Positions 40,186 through 51,917 of a stretch of DNA of 64,000 nucleotides are shown here, one piece after another (within the stretch, counting starts at the first letter, position 1; every line of letters begins with the position of its first letter). Source of the DNA: a virus (Duplodnaviria > Caudoviricetes). Under the pieces are notes generated by a model. That model was not told where the DNA came from and searched no databases. It saw nothing but the letters and a program-made list of their open reading frames with translations. The position numbers and the translations under genes were made by a program. Location: the IMG/VR virus record IMGVR_UViG_3300021431_004525; one strand, written 5' to 3'.

Positions 40186-40254
40186 TGCAAAGATACGAAA
40201 AATATTTCAAATAACCAAACAAATTACATTCTTTAACACAACTTTAACTTCTGT

Positions 40255-41496
40255 TTATGCTGCATAACGAACAAATAATTCATCAAGCCATCCATTATGT
40301 CTTGCCACATCGTATGCACCATTACTATATTTTCTAAATTCGTTTCTCGTCTTATATTTCTTTGCTTCGGCAAAAACGTTCTCCTTTGTCCAGAATCCTC
40401 TTGGTTTTTGTACTTCTTTAAACCAATCCATTTCGTTCAACCAACCATTTACTCTTGCAACTTGGTATGCTTTATTGTATGATGTTTTAAACTCACTTTT
40501 TGTTTTGAACTTCTTGGCAGCTTCAAATACATTCTGCTTGATATTCCAATATCCGTATGGCTTTAGTAATGATGTGAACCAACTCATTTCCTCAAGCCAA
40601 CCATTTCGTCTTGCAATATCGTATGCTGTATGACAACCATCAGAAAATTTTTTTCTTGTCTGATACTTCTTTGCTTCCGCAAACACTTTCTCTTTTGACC
40701 AGTATTCATTTGGCCTTTGTGATGATATAAGCCAAACCATTTCATCAATCCAATTATTTTTACAAGCAAAAGTGTATGCGCTGCTACAACCTTTTTTAAA
40801 TTCTCTTTTTGTTTTATATTTCTTTGCTTCTGAGAAAACCATCTCTTTTGTCCAGAAAAAATTTGGCTTCCTCCCTTCTTCAAACCAATTCATTTCTTTC
40901 AACAGACCTTTTCGTCTTGCCGCAACGTATGCACTACCACAACCACTCTGAAATTCATACTTCGTTTTATATTTCTTTGCTTCCGCAAATATAGTTTTTT
41001 TGTTCCATTTTCCACTATTAATTGCGCCCAATGAGCCACTACCAATACCGGTTTTTGCAATATTTAAAACATTATATCCTTTATTTTTATAATAGTTCTT
41101 CCAATAATCTTCTCTATCCAATCCTTCCTCGATTGTTAGATTATCCTCAATAATCTCCATTGCCGGAACTTCAAAACCATTTGCATCTGCATATTTGTAT
41201 ACTGTATCTTCTTCTTTTGTTCTGTGTCGACAAATGGTATCAACCTTATGTATTGTTCTACCAATGTAAATTGAGTTTGTTTCTTTGAAATAATATTTGT
41301 AAACACAATCAATTTTATTAGTTAATAGTTTTACTCTACCATCTTCAAACCAATTCATTTCATTAATCCATCCTTCTCGATAAGCAATCGCGTGCGCACT
41401 TGGACACCCTGTTTGAAAATCTGATTTTGTCTCATATTTTTTTGCTTCTGCAAACACATTATCCTTTGTCCAGAATCCTCTTGGTTTTCTTTCCAT
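40255..41496 (-). CDS. GIY-YIG homing endonuclease with C-terminal helical repeats
   Basis: CVYKY.....IYIGRT; repeats WxKExVFAEAKKYxT..EF....AY..A..NGWL. Confidence 0.8.
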   Translation of the reverse strand: MERKPRGFWTKDNVFAEAKKYETKSDFQTGCPSAHAIAYREGWINEMNWFEDGRVKLLTNKIDCVYKYYFKETNSIYIGRTIHKVDTICRHRTKEEDTVYKYADANGFEVPAMEIIEDNLTIEEGLDREDYWKNYYKNKGYNVLNIAKTGIGSGSLGAINSGKWNKKTIFAEAKKYKTKYEFQSGCGSAYVAARRKGLLKEMNWFEEGRKPNFFWTKEMVFSEAKKYKTKREFKKGCSSAYTFACKNNWIDEMVWLISSQRPNEYWSKEKVFAEAKKYQTRKKFSDGCHTAYDIARRNGWLEEMSWFTSLLKPYGYWNIKQNVFEAAKKFKTKSEFKTSYNKAYQVARVNGWLNEMDWFKEVQKPRGFWTKENVFAEAKKYKTRNEFRKYSNGAYDVARHNGWLDELFVRYAA

Positions 41497-41617
41497 AATT
41501 CTTAATTTATTTTATTTGTTAATAATGTTATTTCTTAATTTCGATACAAAGGTACAAAAAAAAGTTGAGAAAACCAAACATTTTCCCAACTTTAACACTT
41601 TTTTAACACTTTATTTT

Positions 41618-41944
41618 TCAAAGAAAATCAAAAACAAGATAATCTCGATGATATTCCGCATCATGTTTAGTTGCGAACATATTGTTAATGACACGCATAA
41701 ATTCATCACGTTTCTCATTCTCCCCAATATAGGTAATTGCTACTTTACCGGTGTCATTAATATAGTAATATTCATTTACCACACGAATTTTTGAACGCTT
41801 GATGTTATTTACTTTTTTCTTATTAAACAATTTAATGTCATAAGTATCATCCCAAGGGATATAACATTCAACTTGTCCAAATTCTATTTTCCCATTTAAC
41901 TTCAACGATACAATAGTACCCTCTTTTAATTTTTGATTTTTCAT
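41618..41944 (-). CDS. hypothetical protein
   Basis: C-terminal YYYIN.TG....TYIG.N..RD...N.F.T...A shared with 44105..44581. Confidence 0.7.
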   Translation of the reverse strand: MKNQKLKEGTIVSLKLNGKIEFGQVECYIPWDDTYDIKLFNKKKVNNIKRSKIRVVNEYYYINDTGKVAITYIGENEKRDEFMRVINNMFATKHDAEYHRDYLVFDFL

Positions 41945-41945
41945 A

Positions 41946-42266
41946 TTAATTGAATTTATATTCTTTTCCGTTTACAAACTTCACGTTTGTCTGATAAACC
42001 GCTACCTGTGTAGGTTTCTGCCTTTTGGAAATTGTTCCGTCTTTCTTGTAGTTAGCCCCATGAAATATCATTATCGGCATTTGTCTCACATAATCGTAAT
42101 AGTACGTCATTTTTTCAACCTTTATTGTCTGAAAGTGGTCTGTAACAATATCACCGATTTTAATATCATAATTCTCTTCAGCATATTGCCTTAAAATTGC
42201 TTCTTTGTCTTTGTCAAACTTTTCGGAAAGTTCATCTAATTTTTTCTTTAGTTCTTCTTTTGTCAT
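41946..42266 (-). CDS. hypothetical protein
   Basis: IGD...KKDGT motif, similar to 58810..59118. Confidence 0.65.
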   Translation of the reverse strand: MTKEELKKKLDELSEKFDKDKEAILRQYAEENYDIKIGDIVTDHFQTIKVEKMTYYYDYVRQMPIMIFHGANYKKDGTISKRQKPTQVAVYQTNVKFVNGKEYKFN

Positions 42267-42841
42267 AATATTTACTTCTTTTCTACTTCTTTTATTAAAA
42301 ATTCTATTGCATCACATTCATATTCCGATATACAATGTTGTGCGCCACTCCAATATTCATAGCACGAATCTAAAAATCTACGGGCAGCCTGTATTGCTTC
42401 TTCTTTTGTCATAATATTAATCTATTTAAAAATTTCTTCCGGTTTAACTATAAAACTATCATAATAGTGACCATCATCATCTGTCAATCTCTTGTAATAG
42501 TTATCCATTGTTTCATAATTGCAAAAACTATATGATATACTAATATCTCCATCCGGACGAAGATATGCGTCACTAAACATCACATAATCCTCTCCTTCCT
42601 TTGGCTTATAGTTCTTTTCAAACCATTTCTCAACTGCGAGAGAAAACTCATTTTTGGCTGAATCGTATTCTTCTTTTGCCAACTTTAAACGAATATCCGG
42701 TCTCATTTTTTATTCTTTTTACGATTACGTTTTCTTGCTCTATCTCTTTCTTCTTGTGTGATATAACCACCTTTACGTCCAGTTACCTCAAAGTAATTGT
42801 CACGATATATACGGCCAAGTTTTGTTAAAAGATTACTCATA

Positions 42842-43285
42842 TTATCCAAATGTTTCAAAAACGTCCTTAACCTTAGTTACCTTATCCTCTTCAATGAATT
42901 CCATATCTGTGATTGGATAGTCACGCCCTAACAGGTATCTCGGTTCATGCACACGATAATAAAACTCACCGTCTGTATTCCAATATTCATCAATAGATAC
43001 GTAGTTTCCGTCACCATTTACAAGTACGTCTCCGTCATAGATTTTCTTTCCGTTACAATCCTTGAAACCGGTCCAATTCCTGTAAGCAATAAAATGGCAT
43101 TTCTGTTTTTTATAATTTACATAGATATACCATCCGGCAGTAGAAGATTCAATTTCCCTAAAACCGTCGTTACGCAATTTACTTGTTATTTTATCAAGTT
43201 GTTCATCCAACTCATCATAACCGGTGGCTTTGGCAACTTTCTTACCGTCGAAATAAATCTCAAATTCCTTATTGTTTACTTTCAT
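42842..43285 (-). CDS. protein with YopX-like C-terminal domain
   Basis: WTGFKDCNGKKIYDGDVL. Confidence 0.65.
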   Translation of the reverse strand: MKVNNKEFEIYFDGKKVAKATGYDELDEQLDKITSKLRNDGFREIESSTAGWYIYVNYKKQKCHFIAYRNWTGFKDCNGKKIYDGDVLVNGDGNYVSIDEYWNTDGEFYYRVHEPRYLLGRDYPITDMEFIEEDKVTKVKDVFETFG

Positions 43286-43550
43286 AATATATTGTTTTTA
43301 ATTGTAGTGCAAAAGTACGAAAAATATCTGAAACTACCAAATATTTCGGTGACTTTAACACTATTTTAACATCTACCAATATTCTTCGTCAACCAATTCT
43401 TCTGTTAACCTATATTCAGACGTATCTGTTTCTTCACGTTTGTATTCTTGCAATTTCATAATTGCTGAATGTTTGTCCCAGAATATATCATTCCTATTCC
43501 ACGTAAAACTCCAATTACCCCATCAACGACCAACATGATAGAACCGACTT

Positions 43551-44093
43551 TCAATCAGCCATCTTCTCTTTTTCTTCATTTTTCAAGACACATTCCTTTA
43601 TGATTTCCTCTGTAATAATATCATCATTGGCTTGGCTAAGTTTACTAAGTTTATAAACATCGAACTCTTTGGCAGAAAACTTGAACTGAATCCATTCCGG
43701 TTCATACTCACGATAATCAAGCCATGTTTTTGTTTCGTCCTTTTCAAGAACATACTTAACAAAACGCAGCAAGCGTTCACCGGCTTTCTTTGACTTTACA
43801 AATCCGGAAACATCATAATCGCTTACACCCCTTGAAGCCCAATACTCACCGCCACCTTCAGGACGTACATCAGGGGCAACGACCTTGATTTCATCCTTTT
43901 TGTCAAACTCGATACCGGCAACAAACCCCTTTCTTCCGCAACCGATAAATGTACCACATGGCTTATACTTGTGCCAACCCTCTCTGATAACAAATGGAAC
44001 TTCGGACGGGTCTTTGTGATTCAATTCACAATTACTGATTGCATCCACAATACCTTTATAGGCATCCTTTAATGAATAGATTTTTTCTTCCAT
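43551..44093 (-). CDS. hypothetical protein
   Basis: 180 aa ORF. Confidence 0.7.
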   Translation of the reverse strand: MEEKIYSLKDAYKGIVDAISNCELNHKDPSEVPFVIREGWHKYKPCGTFIGCGRKGFVAGIEFDKKDEIKVVAPDVRPEGGGEYWASRGVSDYDVSGFVKSKKAGERLLRFVKYVLEKDETKTWLDYREYEPEWIQFKFSAKEFDVYKLSKLSQANDDIITEEIIKECVLKNEEKEKMAD

Positions 44094-44104
44094 AAAAAAG
44101 TTGT

Positions 44105-44581
44105 TTAATATTTTCCGTTGGTAATCTCGTTATATCTGTTTTTTGCTTCTTCTTCGGTTTTAAACTGATTACCGGTCAAGAATAGCCATTTGTCACGCAT
44201 CTTGTTTTTGCCTATATAGGTAGCACAGATAACACCCTCTGTATTAATGAAATAATAACCATTTACAAGGACAATATCTCGTTCAGATACTATTTCACTA
44301 AAACCTCCATTGACTTCTTTTATTCTATATTTCTTAGAAGATGGTATAAACTCTGCGATACGGCAGAAATAAGTCCCCTTTGTATTTGAATAGAGAACAA
44401 ATGCACCAATATTATATTCCTGTTTATACTTACGGAAATACTCCGGATTATTGAAATTGATATCGAACACGCTACAATCAAAAGGAATACGTGACAAATT
44501 ATCCACATCAATTAATTCTCCTTTTCGGAAAATAATCTGACTACCTACTTTTACGCTATTAATGCACTCAACGATTTCCAT
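44105..44581 (-). CDS. hypothetical protein
   Basis: C-terminus paralogous to 41618..41944. Confidence 0.7.
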   Translation of the reverse strand: MEIVECINSVKVGSQIIFRKGELIDVDNLSRIPFDCSVFDINFNNPEYFRKYKQEYNIGAFVLYSNTKGTYFCRIAEFIPSSKKYRIKEVNGGFSEIVSERDIVLVNGYYFINTEGVICATYIGKNKMRDKWLFLTGNQFKTEEEAKNRYNEITNGKY

Positions 44582-44705
44582 TCTAACCTGTTTTTATTTT
44601 GTTTGACTTGAAAGTTTATTTGTTATTTTCATAATGCAAAGGTACAAAATTATTTTGATTTGACCAAGGAAAATTAGTTATTTAACATAATTTTAACACC
44701 TTCTT

Positions 44706-44721
44706 GTACTCATTCGAGTAC
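44706..44721. repeat. 16-bp palindromic motif, copy 3 (intergenic)
   Basis: GTACTCATTCGAGTAC. Confidence 0.9.
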
Positions 44722-44726
44722 GCCGG

Positions 44727-45044
44727 TTACTCTGTTGGTTGCAATTTGTTCACAAGTTCATCAAAACCACCTCTGAACACTTCTTTTCCCTCATTGCAGA
44801 TTGTTATCTCGCATTTATCCCTACGCTCATAGGTATCTCCAAATCCACTGAAAGCATTGACACTGATTTCCGAACCGCCAGATTGACACCCACTTGCATT
44901 GTCGATGAATAAAGTTGCATAACCAATATCGTCCTTTACTTGTGGATTACCGCCACGTTTTCCGGAGATTGCATATCCTAACCTACTCTGATTATCAAAC
45001 TTATGTGCTACGTCTTTATTTGTATATTTACTTGTCGAATTCAT
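44727..45044 (-). CDS. hypothetical protein
   Basis: Ends VF.G.FDEL..KL like 30525..30770. Confidence 0.65.
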   Translation of the reverse strand: MNSTSKYTNKDVAHKFDNQSRLGYAISGKRGGNPQVKDDIGYATLFIDNASGCQSGGSEISVNAFSGFGDTYERRDKCEITICNEGKEVFRGGFDELVNKLQPTE

Positions 45045-45264
45045 ATTAATTTATTTTTGCTTTTCTTTGAGTGAAATAAGTTTTTTATAAACCCATTTAA
45101 TAAACCAAATAGTGACAACTGCCGGCCAAAATAGCCATACAGACATGGTTGCGGCATTTGCAATTGGTTCATCAATCTCCGTAACCTTTTTGCTTTCTCT
45201 GTCATAGTATATACATGCCACAACAAAGCCAACGATATAATAGATAATACCGACTATATCCATA

Positions 45265-45744
45265 TTATTTGTCTTTTAAATCTTTCATTTTCACCCAACC
45301 AATAGGTAGATTATCAATAATCTCCGACTCCTTTTTAGCATCTTCCAGAACATCTTCATCATATTCCTCTGAATTATCAAGATACCACTGGTATTCCAAT
45401 CTCCGGTCTTTGAGGGTTTCGTCCGACACATTCACATAATCGTAATACAAGACAAATGCCTTAACAAATGCCATCCGTATTTCATCATCAGCGTATGAAA
45501 AGAAATGCAGTTCTCTTGTTAGAAAGTCGAAACTGAAACGCACCAACTCATTTCTCCATTTACCTTTGTCGAAAATATCCACAGAGGTATAATCAGGCGT
45601 ACCGGATAATTGTTCAACTCCGTACCCATAGTATTCAAAACTATTATTCAGCGGTGCATCCGCTTTGGTGATTTTATTTACCAATTTCTTCACCCATCCG
45701 TATGTGGGTTTCTTTTCCTTTGCCATATTATCAAAGACTTTCAA
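45265..45744 (-). CDS. hypothetical protein
   Basis: ORF track. Confidence 0.65.
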   Translation of the reverse strand: MKVFDNMAKEKKPTYGWVKKLVNKITKADAPLNNSFEYYGYGVEQLSGTPDYTSVDIFDKGKWRNELVRFSFDFLTRELHFFSYADDEIRMAFVKAFVLYYDYVNVSDETLKDRRLEYQWYLDNSEEYDEDVLEDAKKESEIIDNLPIGWVKMKDLKDK

Positions 45745-45903
45745 TTACTTTTGCAACAATCCAACTACCATTTTTCATTGTAATGCTCATATAGCCCAAA
45801 TTCCATGGACATATTCTCTTAACTGCCATAAGGTCTAATGTATGCCACTCATTATCCAATCCCAAATATTTCAACATAAACCTTAATTGATTTTTATTAG
45901 TTA

Positions 45904-46233
45904 TTACTCACCGGCATAGTAATCAAGTCCGGTGGTTTTAACGTAGTTCTTTGTTTCTCTTGTGATTCTCGATTTTTCCTTAGTGGTATTTGTGGCTGTG
46001 AAAATATCAAATGGTTCACCAAATACATCACAGGTATCTACATCTTCATATTCACCGGCGTAGACTGTGACCTCAATAACTTCTTCATCATTTTTAAACT
46101 GATTAGCAAGGGCAATTGCATCATCTGTTGCATCACCCTCATTGTAATAGTTTTTCAGACAATACATAGGTGTGACATCTTCACCGGTCTTGATGTTTAA
46201 TGCGCTGATAGTAAAGATATTCTGTTTTTTCAT
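45904..46233 (-). CDS. acidic hypothetical protein
   Basis: ORF track. Confidence 0.65.
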   Translation of the reverse strand: MKKQNIFTISALNIKTGEDVTPMYCLKNYYNEGDATDDAIALANQFKNDEEVIEVTVYAGEYEDVDTCDVFGEPFDIFTATNTTKEKSRITRETKNYVKTTGLDYYAGE

Positions 46234-46238
46234 ATCAT

Positions 46239-46523
46239 TTAGAATTTATCAAAGATACCCATATCCTTACAAATCTTTTCCATGAGGGAAGCAATATGGC
46301 TATCATCCACACCTTTTTCACGTTGGATAGGATAACGTACATCACTTTCAACCTTAAACCACATGTTATACGACATCGCCCATTTACGTCTTTCATCGGG
46401 AATACCGGCACGGACGTTCTTAATCTCGCTATTGATGGTTTCTTCAAGTCCATTCTCTTTGATATACTTTTCAAGGCTTGAACGGACTTCATCATAATGA
46501 TGCTGTAACTTTAACTTTCCCAT
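46239..46523 (-). CDS. hypothetical protein
   Basis: After the promoter at 46546. Confidence 0.65.
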   Translation of the reverse strand: MGKLKLQHHYDEVRSSLEKYIKENGLEETINSEIKNVRAGIPDERRKWAMSYNMWFKVESDVRYPIQREKGVDDSHIASLMEKICKDMGIFDKF

Positions 46524-47167
46524 ATTTTCTTACTTATTCTGATAGTGCAAAGGTACGAAAAATATTTGAAATAACAAAGGTTTTTCTTTATTTTAACTAA
46601 AGTTTAACACTTAGGTTTCAATAGTCCTCTCGTTCCATTCCACCGGATTGTGTCTATTGCCTTTTGTAGTCCGCGAAGATAATAGTACATTTCCCTTCCC
46701 GTAAGACACAAATCAGTACCGAAATTGCTTGCAGACATGCCACCACTTTCAAGACGTGTATAAAGGCTGTAACCGCCATTAGATTGGTATAAAACATACT
46801 GCTCCTTAGTTTGTCCGTTGATATTTTCAAGAATCGCCTTAAGCGTTTTTTCATTTATCTTATCCATTTTATTTAATTTTTTATTCTTTATAGTACAAAT
46901 GTAAAATATCAGCAAGGTTTGCTATTTCCTCAATAGTAAGTTCAGACTGGTAGTGAAGCGCATCATCACCCATGTCAAAACATAAACCTAATATTGGTGA
47001 ATATTCAACAAAATGAATTGTTATTGTTGAGTTGGCCATTCTATATCCCCAACAATCAAGGCTATGTTTACCAGTATCAGTAATGATACCATGTTTTAAC
47101 ACTAACTCTTTAATGTCAGTTATAATCTCATTACGAAGATTAAATACTTTTTCTGCAAAATTCATCT

Positions 47168-48199
47168 TTAATAGACCTTTATAGTATTCTTTAATACAAC
47201 ACCTTCAATATCATTTTGGCTTATAAACCTAAGTGTATCATAGGTTTTAACGGCATTTTCTCCCAATGCAACAATCTTCCAATCAGGTTCATGCCAACCT
47301 CCGGAAAGTATTTTATTTTTAGACAATCCGGTATTTTTAGAGATAATCTTCAATGCCTTATCTGTTATTTTACCCCAACCTTTATTCCAACTACTGGTTT
47401 CAACGCCTTTAATCGGTGTCTCAAGAGAATTAATAAGGAAATAAGCATACACCTCAAATTGTCCTTCCATGCCCTCAATGTATTTAGCAGCCAAGAGATA
47501 TGTTTCACCCTCATAATTGTAACCATAAGGGATTGAACGCTTATCATCAAACGTTTCCTCATACTCTTTAAACTCAATACGCAATTCCGTTATATCTGCA
47601 AGATTCTCTTCCGGTGTAGAAATATTCTTGAAGAACTTAATACCGAAATAGCGGCAGAAACGCATAAAAATACGGACAAACTTTTCATCTGAATAGTTAC
47701 TGCCACCATTCATTTTGCCATATTCCTCCGGTGTCAGCCAACGCAAGAACGGCTTTTCATCATGGCCTACGTTAATTTCCTCACCATCCTCATACTTGCG
47801 ATAGGTGTCCTCCCAACCAAGCAGAAAACCAATTTTGAAATTTGACGTACTATACTCTGTCTTTTTCTCTTTGATGTAAATTACCAAACCGCCATTGTTA
47901 TTGTCACCATAGTCAAAGACACGCACAATACTTGCAAAATTGTCTGGGTCAACATCTTCCAACACCTTTGTCGGTACTTCATCTGTGCAATCATAGAAAC
48001 TACTACTTGTGGCTACTGCCGCCGGAGTAAGGAATGAATAACCCTTTTTCCATGTGTCCTTATGGTAATCCTGAAAGAACATATCCATCAAAGCCATATA
48101 CATCACCCGACCAAAACCCCACTGATGGTGAAGAAATGTAACCTTACGTTCCTTTTTGTTATTCTCCTTGATAACCAATACTTGTGTTCTCTGACCCAT
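47168..48199 (-). CDS. hypothetical protein
   Basis: 343 aa; MGQR..., HQWG and DNNNG motifs. Confidence 0.75.
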   Translation of the reverse strand: MGQRTQVLVIKENNKKERKVTFLHHQWGFGRVMYMALMDMFFQDYHKDTWKKGYSFLTPAAVATSSSFYDCTDEVPTKVLEDVDPDNFASIVRVFDYGDNNNGGLVIYIKEKKTEYSTSNFKIGFLLGWEDTYRKYEDGEEINVGHDEKPFLRWLTPEEYGKMNGGSNYSDEKFVRIFMRFCRYFGIKFFKNISTPEENLADITELRIEFKEYEETFDDKRSIPYGYNYEGETYLLAAKYIEGMEGQFEVYAYFLINSLETPIKGVETSSWNKGWGKITDKALKIISKNTGLSKNKILSGGWHEPDWKIVALGENAVKTYDTLRFISQNDIEGVVLKNTIKVY

Positions 48200-48631
48200 A
48201 ACTTCTATCTTTATATTGATTCATATTTATTTTGCATCCTCTATTGTATAGTCTTGTACCTCATGCTCAACGACCATGACATTTGCATCGTCACCGGTAG
48301 CATAGCAATCTACATAGTCCATAATATCATCCACATCGTTAATGTCAGTATCAACGATAACACGCATTGTAACGTTAAGATAAATTTTACTCATTGTTAT
48401 ATTATTTTATGTTAATCAAATTCAACTTCTTCGCCAATTAACTCATGTGCTTCATATATAGCACTTATTTCACCAGAAGAATCAATTGCATCTACAATTT
48501 CATAAGCATAATCATCTATTTCACCGGTCTTTTCAATCCGGTCTTTCAACTGCTCAATTAATTTTTGATTTCTTTCTGTCATGTCTTGTATAATTTACAA
48601 CCATTTTCACTTGTAATTGACAAATACAACC

Positions 48632-48940
48632 TTAATCGGTTGTAATCTGCTTAAGATACTCATTGATAATCTCCTTGCACCGGTTCTTAACGTCCTCTGT
48701 CAGAATGGCAGTGTCTGTATCAAGATAGTCACCGCTTTCCTTCTCAAAGTAACTTACATTGAAATGCCAACTATCTTCATCGAGCCAGTATTCGGCTTGA
48801 ATATCCTTAGTGACGTTTTTATCTTCTTCGTCAGGGATAGTTTCAAACGAAAGAATACATGTATCATCATCGAGCATTTCAACACACTCAACAACAAGGT
48901 TTCCCACCTTAGTTCCTCTGAAATCATTAATCTCTGCCAT
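48632..48940 (-). CDS. acidic hypothetical protein
   Basis: After the promoter at 48967. Confidence 0.65.
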   Translation of the reverse strand: MAEINDFRGTKVGNLVVECVEMLDDDTCILSFETIPDEEDKNVTKDIQAEYWLDEDSWHFNVSYFEKESGDYLDTDTAILTEDVKNRCKEIINEYLKQITTD

Positions 48941-49299
48941 AACTCTTACTTGTTTAATTTTGGTGGTGCAAAGTTACAAATAATTTCTGAAACTACCAAA
49001 CGTTTTACCGACTTTAACACTTTTTTAGCACTTTACGCTGCAATAGCCTTGATGATAACAAGTTCATCGAACAAAGTAAGATTTACCTCGATATCGTCAT
49101 AATGTTTCCAACTATTTGGTTTATCTGTGAAACTATCTATATCCACAATGGTGTTCCACACATACTTGCATTTAAGCATGGCCGCACAAATATCATGGGT
49201 AGATAATGTTGTCGTAAGGAACAAAGTATGCGTTTTCTTGTTCCGCTTATTCCTTTTGAAACCGGTAACACTATAATGATGTAACATAACGACAAACTT

Positions 49300-49647
49300 T
49301 TATTTATTATTTCTGTTCTTAATACGTTCTAAAAGTGCATCAGCATACACAAATCTAATATAAGAAGGACAACTACCATCACTCTTACAGAAATACCCAT
49401 CTTTGAAAAGATGCGGATAAACGTCCAGCACTCTTTTAATTGCCTTATTAAAGTAGGAACTATTATTAGTGTCAACTTGCACTTCTACATCATAAGGGCA
49501 TACCATTATAGGATATACCTCTGTCGAACTACCAGAAATCCATGTATAATCAATGATATGCTTTTGTATGACATTATTAGACAAGCAAGCCTCATATATA
49601 TCCCTTGCTATTTTGTCTTTTATTTCGGACAAATCTATTTTATACAT
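49300..49647 (-). CDS. hypothetical protein
   Basis: ORF track. Confidence 0.65.
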   Translation of the reverse strand: MYKIDLSEIKDKIARDIYEACLSNNVIQKHIIDYTWISGSSTEVYPIMVCPYDVEVQVDTNNSSYFNKAIKRVLDVYPHLFKDGYFCKSDGSCPSYIRFVYADALLERIKNRNNK

Positions 49648-49652
49648 AACTT

Positions 49653-50180
49653 TTACAATATTGAATTAGTAATTACAAAGTCACCGATAAGCAGTCTTGC
49701 AGTATCATCCCAAATGGCGCGCTCATTAGGATAATAGTCACGAAGCCAATCAATAATGTCACCATACATAGTTTGGCCGGAATTGAGAATAGTTGTTCTT
49801 TTCTTTCCGTAAATCTTTGTACGTCCTTTATTCAGAAGGGATAATTCACCTTTGACCTTTTCAAACAACTCCTTTGCAGTCATAGAACCTTTGAGTTTTC
49901 TTGTACGTTCTACCTCAATGGTTTTCTGATAGTCGTAGATAATATTGATATCATACTTGACCTCAATCTCTTTTCTGGGCGTTCCTGTAGGCTCTGTAAT
50001 CTCGACCTCATGCGAGAATACGGCAAAACCCCAAATATCACACACTTTTTCATTGCTCATATCCTCTTTGTAGCAATCGCCCAAAGATGCAAATTCACGG
50101 ATTCCCTTCATACATTCCTCAATAGATGTAAGGTTGTGAAGAACGTCCAACTTTTTAAAATCAAAAACTGAATATAACAT
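49653..50180 (-). CDS. hypothetical protein
   Basis: Start placed downstream of the promoter at 50222. Confidence 0.65.
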   Translation of the reverse strand: MLYSVFDFKKLDVLHNLTSIEECMKGIREFASLGDCYKEDMSNEKVCDIWGFAVFSHEVEITEPTGTPRKEIEVKYDINIIYDYQKTIEVERTRKLKGSMTAKELFEKVKGELSLLNKGRTKIYGKKRTTILNSGQTMYGDIIDWLRDYYPNERAIWDDTARLLIGDFVITNSIL

Positions 50181-50642
50181 AACTCTAAAATTTAATTGTT
50201 TAACTTGTTTCTTAAATCTGATGCAAAGATACAATAAAAAAACGAATTATCCAAACTATTTTACTTAATAATTGTGAATAATTCGTTAAAAAATGTTAAT
50301 CAGATAATTTTCTTCATCAAAAGCAACCGGTGCATACGTCTGTAGGCCGTCAATCTGTCTATACATTTCACCTCAAATAAGAATATAGTTTCGTCTTTGA
50401 TGAAACGTATATATTTTACATACACCATCTTTTCTACCGAAGGTAAATTTATTTCACCCTCTGCCAAATACCACTGATATCCATCGTAATGTATAACTCT
50501 GGGAATACAACGCTCCGGATAGAAGATGTATAGAACGGCTCTGAAAATCTTTTTCTTAATCTTAGTTAATAATTTCATATTATCTTATTTTTATATTTAA
50601 CACATTTGTGTGAATAATTGCTGCCAATCAGTAGATTTATTT

Positions 50643-51326
50643 TTAGTAGAGTTTATAATCAAATGGATTACGTCCGGCTTCACCCCACTTCTTGATGGTG
50701 TTCACACATTCCTCTAACTTACCCATAGTCTTGGCAATCTTAACCGGAGACTGAGAGAAAAGTTGGTGCTTAAAGCCTAATTCTCTTGGTGTCTTACCAC
50801 CGAGCATACGACCCTCATAGACCGGCTGACCCTTGAACAGACGGATAGTAATTTCACGATTCTTGCTAACCTTATTGATAAGGTTGTTAAGGGCAATCTT
50901 CATATCGTCCAACTTCCAAGACAGCTGGATGGCGAAATCGTAAATCTCGTTCTCCTTCTTCTTGCCACATTCGTGCATAACGTTGATGATACGCTCGACC
51001 TCACGATACTTCGACTGATAAGCGGAATACTCCTTGCTATAAGGCTTCATAATCTGCTCTGAAACAATGCCGTAGGAGCGATATGCGTGACCATAGAACA
51101 CCGATAAGGACTTGAAGGGTGCAGCACTCTTAATCAGTTTCTCAACCTCCTCTGCAAGGATTGAAATGTCCTTATGATTACCAACGGTAGACTCTTCGCC
51201 GGTTCTGCGAACACGCTTCTTAGCAACTTTCTTTGGCTTCAGCGACTTCTTATAGTCAGCCATAGTCATTTTAACACCGTTAACTGTGATGTACTGCGTC
51301 TTGTCGAAATCAGATATTCCTGCCAT
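50643..51326 (-). CDS. basic hypothetical protein
   Basis: 227 aa; after the promoter at 51369. Confidence 0.75.
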   Translation of the reverse strand: MAGISDFDKTQYITVNGVKMTMADYKKSLKPKKVAKKRVRRTGEESTVGNHKDISILAEEVEKLIKSAAPFKSLSVFYGHAYRSYGIVSEQIMKPYSKEYSAYQSKYREVERIINVMHECGKKKENEIYDFAIQLSWKLDDMKIALNNLINKVSKNREITIRLFKGQPVYEGRMLGGKTPRELGFKHQLFSQSPVKIAKTMGKLEECVNTIKKWGEAGRNPFDYKLY

Positions 51327-51917
51327 AATTGTAATTTTTAAATGTTTATACTTTGTTTATTTTGATAGTGCAAAGGTACGGCAAAAATTTGAATCTACCA
51401 AACTTTTTCTGTTAATAAAGGCAAAGAATCTGTTAAAAAATGTTTAGCCTTCTAAAAGTTGTGATTTATAATCATTCAATTCCTTCTTAATGTTATCTAT
51501 TTCCTCTTTAAGTGTCTGGATTTGCTTGTCTTGTTCCTCATTTCTTACACGCTCAATAGATATAAGACAAAGAACAATAAAAAACAATCCGGCAGTAAAG
51601 CCACCTATATAGTCAACAGCCATATAGCAACCCAACCCATACAATAAGAATATAAATAAATTCTTTAAACTATATTCCTTAAACATAACTCAATATTAAT
51701 TAGTTTTTAATACTCCCATCCGCATAAAGGTTTCCGGCCAATCTTTCCACCTTGTTCATCATCTGATATTTTCTTTCCTTTTAAACGGATATACTTATTG
51801 ACTTGTTTTTTAAGCCAACGTCTGGAATGTGAAAGATGCCTCCACGGATTATCCATGTTTCCATCTTTCTTCCACCAATATTCAAGATGTTCAATCTGTT
51901 CTCTTGTTAATGCCATA

